A DNA stretch of 25,867 nt. It comes from Promethearchaeota archaeon. Its GTDB lineage: Archaea; Asgardarchaeota; Lokiarchaeia; Sigyniarchaeales; SOKP01. A program made the translations under genes and the position numbers. Within the stretch, counting starts at the first letter, position 1; every line of letters starts with the position of its first letter. The notes beneath the pieces were generated by a model. That model made no database searches. It worked only from the letters and a program-made list of their open reading frames with translations, and was not told the DNA's origin. The DNA lies in NCBI GenBank assembly GCA_016839585.1, contig JAEOTZ010000085.1, positions 1 through 25,867 of the forward strand. The letters run 5' to 3'. This document shows positions 1 to 8,400 of the stretch, in pieces.

Positions 1-1425
1 CTGCTTCCGCCCCACCCGGACGCCTTCCTACCAGATCACGGAATTCTTCTTCCCGTGCTCTTGGGTCTCGGTGGCAGATTTGAGCCCCGTCCATTTTCAG
101 GGCCATATTTCTCGGCAAATGAGTTATTACACACTCGTTAGGAAGTGGCTACTTCTATACCTATCCTTTTGCTGTCTTGGAAATATGACGCCTTTTAGTT
201 TAACACTTAACCTGCACTTAGGGACCTTAACCCAAGTCTAGGTTGTTCCCTTCTCGGCGACGGACTTTACGCCCGCCAACCCGTTTCCCAGAGTCTACAG
301 CGCCAGCAGTTTCGGAGTTTAAGAGTGGGGCGAGGGATTTCTCCCCCATACCACACAATTAGTGCTCTACGCCACTGGCTACTTCGTCTGAGACTTGGCT
401 GATACCAACTTCGGGGAGAACCAGCTATCACCGATCTAGATTAGCCTTTTGCTCCTATTCCCAGTTCATCCAAGCGAATTGCACATCAGCACTGGTGCAG
501 ACTTCCATCACCCTTTCGAGCGACTTCATCTTGACCAGGAATAGATCGACCGGCTTCGGGTATTATGACAGAGACTTTAGGCCCTTTAAGACCATTCTTC
601 TGGCCTAATCCCTTAGAAGGAATAGCTAAACGTTTTCCAGATGGCAAAACCATCCTTCAACGAGTAGTTTTCCCTAATGTGATGATTAGGTTGCAAGAAT
701 ATTGGTTTCCCTACGCCTACATGGGTGATCCACTTAAGCTTGCCTCTACCATAAACTCCCTGGCCAATGATTCCAGACTGATGATGCAACCCTAGTCCTC
801 TGCACTCTGATGTTCCGTCACCAGAACTCATTCGTACAGAATCTGTCCTTTCAGGCTGCATCCTTACTAAACTATTTGGTTTCAAGCACTTTTCACTGCC
901 CTTCCGGGTTACTTTTCATCTTTCGCTCACGCTACTATTTCTCTATCGGTCTTGGGACATATTTAGATTTACCAGCGTGTATCTGGCACATTCGTACGAG
1001 AAAACCATCCCGCACTAATCGGGGACTCTCGCAGCAACCATCTAGATTATGATTACGCGGCTATCACGCTCTATAGCTCAGCATTCCAGGAGTATTCATC
1101 TTCTCTAGGGAGGTCGTACAAGGCCCACACACCACATCTCCCATAGGTTTCCCTAGGGATTCGGTTTGATCTGTTCCGCTTTCGCTCGCCGTTACTCACG
1201 GAATCACTATTGTTTTCTTTTCCTCCTGGTACTAAAATGTTTTACTTCCCAGGGTTCCCCTTCCCTTCCGGGAATCTTGTGGATTATTAGGCCACAAGTG
1301 GATGTCCTATTCGAGGATCTCGGGGTCAACGTCTACTTGCAACTAACCCGAGCTTATCGCAGCTTGTCACGCTCTTCATCGGTGCCCAAGCCAAGATATC
1401 CACCAAATAGCGGAGGCGTATTGGC
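1..1425 (-). rRNA. rrl: 23S (LSU) rRNA, 5' portion; continues past the left edge of the window; 5' end approximate
   Basis: The reverse complement contains conserved LSU motifs: GGTGGAT..CTTGGC...CGATGAAG..CGTG (1404 downward), GAAGTAAAACATTTTAGTACC..AGGAAAAGAAA, AGTAACGGCGAGCGAAAGCGG, GACCGATAG..AA.TAGTAGCGTGAGCGAAAGATGAAAAG, CCCGAAGCCGGTCGATCTA, GATAGCTGGTTCTCCCCGAA, GGGTTAAGGTCCCTAA and GGAAGGCGTCCGGGTGGGGCGGAAGCAG. The sequence is archaeal-type. Confidence 0.97.
591..706 (-). other. Enlarged 23S rRNA expansion segment at the ES9 position
   Basis: About 110 nt lie between GGGAAACC and GGTCTTAA, which are nearly adjacent in bacterial 23S. The ends pair (accattctt..cctaatc / gattagg..aagaatattggt), and there are inner stems gaagga/tccttc and gatgg/ccatc. 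Confidence 0.75.
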
Positions 1426-2021
1426 GTCTAATTGAGGAAAGATTCAGATTGCTTGTATAAAGGATTGCATACTAGGATAATAAGTTAATTGAGACGATTC
1501 TTTGGAAATTATTACTTAATGGGGAGTATGTTCCTATGAGCATGATTTTTCATGCTTGGCTTGGTTTACTCACTTCCCGTATCACCTTAATCATTAGGTA
1601 CTCCATGCGCCGAAAGAGAGAATTCCTTATTTTTTGTGCGATTTCAAGTTCTCGCATGTTTCACTTATTAAGATGTACTTCCGCGAGGCCAATACCAATT
1701 AAAGGTGTATATCATCCAAAATAGATGACACATTTTCCCACCAATAATTTTAATAATTTTGATGGCAAATATACCATCGGCAAAATATTAGAGTATTTAC
1801 TTAATTAAAAATTTTATGGTCTAAAATTATTAAAAAGCAAGAATTATTTGAGAAAAATCTAAAAATAAATAAATAGTAAATAAAATCTATTTTTATATAT
1901 TGAATTTAATCCAAATCAGAAAATAGAATAAGTTTTATAGTTTAATTATAAATACCTTAATTATTAGCAATAGAACAGAAAATTATGTATTAATTAATTA
2001 TAATTAATTTACCATTGAATT

Positions 2022-2891
2022 ATGTGTTGTAAAGTTCTAGTCGGTACTTCTGGCTGGGGTTATGATGAGTGGGTCGGACCTTTTTATCCAAAAGGTCTAA
2101 AGAAAGAGGATTACCTTCTGTATTATTCAGAAATTTTTTATACGAATGAGATTAATACTACCTTTTATAACATCCCTTCAAAACGGATAGTTGAAAACTG
2201 GTTAAGTAAAACTCCAAAAAATTTTTTATTTTCAGTAAAGATACCTCAAACTATTACGCATGAGCATAAATTGGATATTAAATTCTGCTTAGATGATTTG
2301 GATTATTTTTTAAAAGTTATGAATCCCCTAATTGAATCTAAAAAATTAATATCATTTTTAATTCAATTGCCTCCCTCTTTTAATAAAAAAGAGCACTTTG
2401 GCAATTTAAAGCAATTTATAGATAATTGGCCAAGAAATCGAGTAAATGATCATTACTATATAGTAGTCGAGTTTAGACATAAATCTTGGATGGACCCCGA
2501 GACATTTAATTATTTAAAGGAAAAGCATTTAACTTATTGCGTTGTAATAGAGCCATTGTTACCGCCCCGCATGGATGTAACCAATCCAGAATTTGCTTAT
2601 ATTAGGTTTCATGGTTATGGTAAGAAAATCTGGTTTGATTATTTTTTTAAAGAAGAAGAAATAAAAAATTGGGCACATTCAATAAAAACTATAATTCCAA
2701 CAGTAAAAAAGATAGGTATCTATTTTAATAATCATTTCTCTGGCTATGCTGCAAAAAATTCTTTAATGTTAATGAAAGAATTAGAACTTGAACCTAGACA
2801 TTTCCCTAAAAACATAAACATTCTAGAAATTAAGAAAAAATCAGGGACATTTTCAAAAGGGCAAATAGGCTTGGATGAATTTATGAAATAG
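2022..2891 (+). CDS. DUF72 (YecE-like) family protein
   Basis: Family motifs VGTSGWGYDEWVGPFYP, EINTTFY, FSVKIPQTITH, LIQLPPSF, VEFRHKSW, YIRFHG and YFNNH. Confidence 0.93.
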   Translation: MCCKVLVGTSGWGYDEWVGPFYPKGLKKEDYLLYYSEIFYTNEINTTFYNIPSKRIVENWLSKTPKNFLFSVKIPQTITHEHKLDIKFCLDDLDYFLKVMNPLIESKKLISFLIQLPPSFNKKEHFGNLKQFIDNWPRNRVNDHYYIVVEFRHKSWMDPETFNYLKEKHLTYCVVIEPLLPPRMDVTNPEFAYIRFHGYGKKIWFDYFFKEEEIKNWAHSIKTIIPTVKKIGIYFNNHFSGYAAKNSLMLMKELELEPRHFPKNINILEIKKKSGTFSKGQIGLDEFMK

Positions 2892-2941
2892 GAACATAGA
2901 ATTTCGAAGTTTTATGAATTTATAACGGAGTCAAGAAAAGA

Positions 2942-3949
2942 TTGGATAAAATAAAATTAAAGATTGGTGTTATTGGAGCCGGTTCTATAGGGAGTTTGTT
3001 TGGCGGATATATTGCAAATTTTAAGTTTAAAACATATTTCCCTGAAGTAATATTTTTTTGTAGAAAAGATCATGCTGAAGCTATTAATAAAAATGGTTTA
3101 AAAATTATTAGGAATCAATCTACTTATGATATAAAAGGTATAAAAGCTTATGAAAATGAGAAAAAAATTGAAGATAAGATATCTAAGAATTTATCTTTTA
3201 GTTTTGATTTTATTTTTCTTACTACTAAGGCATATGATATTGAAACTGCTATTTTTCAATATAAGAAAATAATTGATGCAAGTAAATATTTAATTATTTT
3301 ACAGAATGGAATTGGGAATGAAGAGAACGTAAGTAAATTTTGCCCAAAAAATAAAATTATTAGGATAGTAACTACAAATGGAGCACTATTAGCTGAACCG
3401 GGGAAAGTAATCCATACTGGCTTGGGTCTAACAAAAATTGGATTTCCATTTCTTATTAGATTGGATCTTAAACCTAAAGATTTTGAACAACGCCAATCAG
3501 ATATAAATTTATTGAAAAATATTTTAAATTTCGCAGGTTTAAAAACAATAATCGTTGATGATATTATTAGTGAATCTTGGGAGAAAGTATTCATAAATGT
3601 TGGAATTAATCCCATTGGAGCTTTAACTCAATTAAGAAATGGTGAATTATTGGAAATCAAGGGGTTAAAATATTATATGGGTGAAGCAGTTAAAGAAGCA
3701 ATTAATGTTGCTAGAATGAAAAAGATTAACCTTTCTGAAAAAGATTATATTGCTTTAACTTATGAAGTAGCGAAAAAAACTTCAAAGAATAAAAATTCTA
3801 TGCTACAGGATATTTTAAATGGGAAAACAACAGAAATTGATTTTTTAAATGGAAGAATAGTGAAATACGCCAATAAACTAGGAATTGAAGTGCCTATTAA
3901 TAAAGTTTTAACATCTTTAATCAAGGGATTAGAAGATTCATTATCTTAA
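2942..3949 (+). CDS. panE: 2-dehydropantoate 2-reductase (ketopantoate reductase)
   Basis: Rossmann motif IGAGSIGSLFGG, plus TKAYD, LQNGIG, WEKVFINVGINP and NSMLQDILNGKTTEIDFLNG. TTG start with GGAG upstream. Confidence 0.95.
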   Translation: MDKIKLKIGVIGAGSIGSLFGGYIANFKFKTYFPEVIFFCRKDHAEAINKNGLKIIRNQSTYDIKGIKAYENEKKIEDKISKNLSFSFDFIFLTTKAYDIETAIFQYKKIIDASKYLIILQNGIGNEENVSKFCPKNKIIRIVTTNGALLAEPGKVIHTGLGLTKIGFPFLIRLDLKPKDFEQRQSDINLLKNILNFAGLKTIIVDDIISESWEKVFINVGINPIGALTQLRNGELLEIKGLKYYMGEAVKEAINVARMKKINLSEKDYIALTYEVAKKTSKNKNSMLQDILNGKTTEIDFLNGRIVKYANKLGIEVPINKVLTSLIKGLEDSLS

Positions 3950-4479
3950 TTAGTGTCAGCATTTCGAACCATGTAGTACGCGTTTTCTCCATCTCGGTAA
4001 TAATTCTTTTTGGCACTATTCATTTTAAAGTTAAATTTTTCATATAATTTTATAGCGATATAATTTGATACCCTTACTTCTAAGACTAATTCTGTGATCT
4101 TATGTTTTTTTACAGCCGATATACTATTAGATAACAATGTTGTTCCAATTCCTCTTCTTCTATATTCTTCAGAAACTGCAATAGATACCAAGTGTCCTTT
4201 ATTTACATATTTTAAACTATCCATAGAAGGAATTTGCTCAACTCTCCACATCACATAACCTATAACTTTATTATCTTTATCGGTTGCTACCAAAAACGCT
4301 TCTGGAAAATTATCAAGAATGCTTTTATAGAAAAAGTAGGGATAATCTTCTGGTAATTCTCGTTCATTTACCTCGATTACGCCCTCCAAGTCATTTAATT
4401 TACATCTCCTTATTAAAATCTGAGATTCAATTTTAATATTATTCATAATGTTTATCTTAGTTTCTTTATCAGTACCCAT
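3946..4479 (-). CDS. Ard1/RimI-family N-terminal acetyltransferase (GNAT)
   Basis: LPEDYPYFF, GHLVSIAVSEEYRRRGIG (acetyl-CoA motif A), LEVRVSN..AIKLYEKF and YYRDGENAY, as in archaeal Ard1/eukaryotic Naa10. Convergent with panE, overlapping by 4 bp. Confidence 0.93.
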   Translation of the reverse strand: MGTDKETKINIMNNIKIESQILIRRCKLNDLEGVIEVNERELPEDYPYFFYKSILDNFPEAFLVATDKDNKVIGYVMWRVEQIPSMDSLKYVNKGHLVSIAVSEEYRRRGIGTTLLSNSISAVKKHKITELVLEVRVSNYIAIKLYEKFNFKMNSAKKNYYRDGENAYYMVRNADTN

Positions 4480-4584
4480 TGTTATCCTTGATTAATGATG
4501 GTTTTTAAAAAATAGAATGTTAATATATAGGATAATAATAATAGAAACATTTAAGCTTTTCTGAATTAGTTTATAATAGCTATT

Positions 4585-5394
4585 TCACGTTCCTAAAATT
4601 TCAAAAGCATCTTCTTTTTGTTTTTCTATATAATTTATTATAAGATCTAAAGTATTTTTTATATTCTTTTTATTATCAAAGTTTTCAATAATTTTCTTTA
4701 ATTCATTTTCACTAAATTTTTTTAGTTCTCCTACGATTTTAATCATTTCAGGTAAAGTTCTGACGATATTATCTACAATGGTTATATCTGCGCATAATGA
4801 CGTTCTACTTAAAGGATTTAAATCGACAGCAATAACCTGTTTATTTAATTTTTTCAGTGCTTCAGTTCTATCTCCATCTTCAAGAGGAACTAATATTACA
4901 TCAGAATAACAGATGGATTCCACCAACCTTCTATTGCTATCTAATCCCTCAATTTCAACCATTTTATCTTCATATATACCTCTGATACCATGAGCACCAG
5001 CGTTCTCTAGTAATTTCTTAATTGCTTCGACTCTTCCCTTCTTCTTATAAAATAAATTAATCTCGAGTGGAGCATTAATCATTTTCGAAAGTTTAACAAT
5101 TTCATTTGGTACAAGTGCGGCCACATTCCCATTAACGCTGATAACAGGCTTTTTAGCAAGAAGAAGCATTGCTACTGCGGCTTTAATGGCTTTTTCTGCA
5201 GTAATATTAGTTTTTTCCCCTAGAATATAGTCAAGACACTCGCCTCTCCCATGAGCAATTAAGCCCGCTTCTGCAACAACCAGATTTTTCATACCTTCAA
5301 TTATTTTATGTCTATACAATAAGCTTTCATAGCGTGGATGCGTTTTAGGGAGGTTATTATTCTGACGATTTTCTTTTTCCATGATAAATGCCAT
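4585..5394 (-). CDS. 4-phosphopantoate--beta-alanine ligase (archaeal phosphopantothenate synthetase, PPS)
   Basis: PKTHPRYESLLYR, GLIAHGRGE, PVISVNGNVAAL, EINLFY, VPLEDGDRTEAL, DLNPLSRT and TIVDNIVR. The start may be the second Met. Confidence 0.95.
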   Translation of the reverse strand: MAFIMEKENRQNNNLPKTHPRYESLLYRHKIIEGMKNLVVAEAGLIAHGRGECLDYILGEKTNITAEKAIKAAVAMLLLAKKPVISVNGNVAALVPNEIVKLSKMINAPLEINLFYKKKGRVEAIKKLLENAGAHGIRGIYEDKMVEIEGLDSNRRLVESICYSDVILVPLEDGDRTEALKKLNKQVIAVDLNPLSRTSLCADITIVDNIVRTLPEMIKIVGELKKFSENELKKIIENFDNKKNIKNTLDLIINYIEKQKEDAFEILGT

Positions 5395-5434
5395 TTAATT
5401 AGAATTTATTAATTTATTTAATTAATCCTCAGAA

Positions 5435-8400
5435 TTAAATTTTATAGATTAATGAGTTTCGTTTATTAATCTCGAAAATTTTAGCCTTTTCTTTTATAAA
5501 GGAAGGATCTACTTTCACTTTATTTCTTATAAATCTAAGAGTTAATGGTTCATCAATTATTTTTGATGATAGATAAAAAGCTGCTCCCACTACATGAGGA
5601 ATATAAATGTTATTTGTAATTCTATCTCTCATCCTTGCTTCTTTGATGATTTGGATTACATATTTTACACATTTTTGTGAAACGCCCAATTTTTTACCAA
5701 ATTCCACCACATGTATTATTAAGCCAATATCTTTTAATTCCTTATCAAAAATTTGAAAAGCTTTTCTTTTATTTCTTATTGTTTTTTCATTAATCCCTAG
5801 TTTATTAGCAATATCCCTAAACGTCAAATGTTTGTTGAAAAGTTTCGATATAAGATAATACATCGAAGCAATATCGAAATGCAATGTTTTTTTATCGTTA
5901 ATTAGACCAGCTCTAACCGCTTTTCTAATAAAAAACCTAACAAGTAAAAAGTATTGCTTTGAAGCATTAAATTTTTCAGCAAACTTTCTACTAATAGTTT
6001 TTATTTGCCTCCTGATTAACATTTTTTCCAAAAAGTCAAAATTATGTGTGGAGTTTAAAATTTTTATATCCATTGAAAATTTATTTATTATTTCCGTTTT
6101 TGTTATTGGCTTGTATAATGCCAATGAAGCTAAATAAAAAGCTGTAGCTATTATATGTTTTATATTATCTCTAAATGTTATCTTCTTTTGCTCTTTAGCT
6201 TTCATTATTAAAGTTTTAGTAAATTCGATGCAATCATTTGAAATTTTCAAATCATTTGCCATAATCTTAACTAAACTATTAATCTTGAAAGAAAGAAACT
6301 CATCTTCAAATGACAAGAATACTTTTTTCTTTAGATGTAAGGTTCGATAAGTAAAATTTAACTTTTTAGAAATTATTCTTAACGCTTTATTCTCATTAAA
6401 TGCTTTTGTGGTGAAAAAATAAGCAACTGCAATATAAAATTTAATATCAAAACCTAATTGAATATAACATTGTTTTACTGCTTTATTAATTAATTCTTCC
6501 GTGTATTTGATACAACCTGTGGAGATACCAAGCTTTTTTCCATACTCATTTACTAAGTTATGAATTTTAAGAATAGTATTATCGTTCTTATCTTTTTCAT
6601 ATAAATCAAGTTTGTCAGCAATATAATCCCATTTTATATTAACTTTTTTGGCTATATCCTGGATTGTCACATTTCCAATTAGAGTATCAAAAGCTATGTA
6701 ATAGGCTGCAGCAACTATATGCTTAGAGTAATCACTCTTGTTAATTATTTTTTTTACTAATGCTTTTTCTATAAGTTTCTTTGTAAAATTCTTAACTTCA
6801 TTAGAAACTTTTAACCTGTCTCCGAATTTATCAAGAAAAGCATTTAATTGTATTTTTTTTAGAAAAAAATCATAATATTGGAATTTTTTTTTAACCTGTG
6901 AAAGGGAATATCTATCAAGATTGAGTGTATTAGAAATTGTCTTAAGAGTAACTGGTTCATTTAATGCATTTGAAACTAAATATATAATCGATGCTGTAAG
7001 ATGTTCAATATTATCCTCTATTTCGATAACCCCTTTTCTCAAGGCTACACGAATTAAATTTTTAGAAAGAGATTTACATACTTTTGAAATACCTAATTTT
7101 TGGTAATATATATTTATAAGGTTTTGGATTTGGATTCTTAGTAAATAGTTTCTTACTATCTCAAAATCCCTCAATCTATTTCTCAAAGTACTATTATGTA
7201 GATATATTTGCTTTAGAATTTTTTCTTGAGTCGTTTTATTATTATAAGCTTTAGCTGCTAAGAATAGAGCAACAGTAATATAACCTTTTGTAATCCTATT
7301 TTTTTTTATAATTTTCCGATTATAAATCCTTTTTATGATTTTCTTAGCAAGATTTTTAATCTCTAAATTAACTTTAAGTTTTGTAGAGTATTGTTCAACC
7401 AACGATATGTAATAAGATATGGATTTCTTGGTTGCTTCCTGATAATTAAAGTTATCAGGAATTCCATAAGTTTCTTTAAAATATTTCTCAAATAATGTAT
7501 TAATCTTATTATAAATAAGTACTTTTTGTGTTGGATTTTTACTTTTAAAAAACCTTATATCAGAATCAAATAATTTGTGGAATTGCTTAATTTGATTATC
7601 ATTAAGGCTCTGCTTTGAAAAAATATATTCTAATTTTATTTCAGGGATTTTTTCAGATGTATCAATTTTTTTATCTAATTCATTTCGAAAAATTTTATAA
7701 AGATTTCTTGTTCCAAACTCTTTCTCCAAATCATCTAAATTATATAAATAGACCTCAAGATCGTGGCTTTCAGAGAGTCGTTTTATCTCCTCTAGATCAC
7801 GCCTTCCAATTAAATCTATTATAAAATCCCAATATTTTATGTAGGATGATATCTGAATTATTTGTCTAAAAAGTTTATGACTTATAATTCTGATATTTTC
7901 ACAATTTTTTTGTAATAAGAGATCATCTTCCGGTAGAGAACGTGTTTGAACTTTATTTTTCCAGTGGGTTCCTACAATGAGAAAAAAAGTGTGGCTATTT
8001 GGATTGTATTTATTTATTTTATTGATTAAATTATCTTTAGATAAATTACTTGTTATATCAATAGTAATATACTTTATATTTTGTTTTTTATTCTCGGATA
8101 GATTTAGAAATTTAAATAGATTATCGAAGATATGCTTTGATTTTATATTTTTTTTGATTAAACCATCTGGATGAATATTAAGATTCGGTTTATATATATA
8201 AGGCTCACTGTAATAAATAATACTTCTGTTTTTTAGTTCTTTAGTTAATAATTTAGCAATAGCTAAATGGGCAAACAAATTTACAAAATGGTCGTAATAT
8301 TTTGAGTAATTTTTACCTCGAGTTCCTTTTATATTGTCATTGCTGTTCAATTCATTTATATTTTCCAAATTTTCCTTTAAAAGGTCCTTCAAATTATTCT

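Noticed and set aside
565-1435. ORFs 565-795, 613-885, 810-1052 and 1166-1435
   Set aside because: They lie within the 23S rRNA gene and are chance frames in GC-richer sequence.
1536-1724. 62-aa ORF
   Set aside because: Antisense to the presumed rRNA leader, with no motif.
1761-1778. GATGGCAAA..CCATC hairpin resembling one in ES9 (~640-654)
   Set aside because: The match is too short to distinguish from chance.
5438-7410. Annotating the giant ORF as transcription initiation factor IIB (tfb)
   Set aside because: It lacks the Zn-ribbon and B-reader, has seven rather than two repeats, and is fused to unrelated domains.
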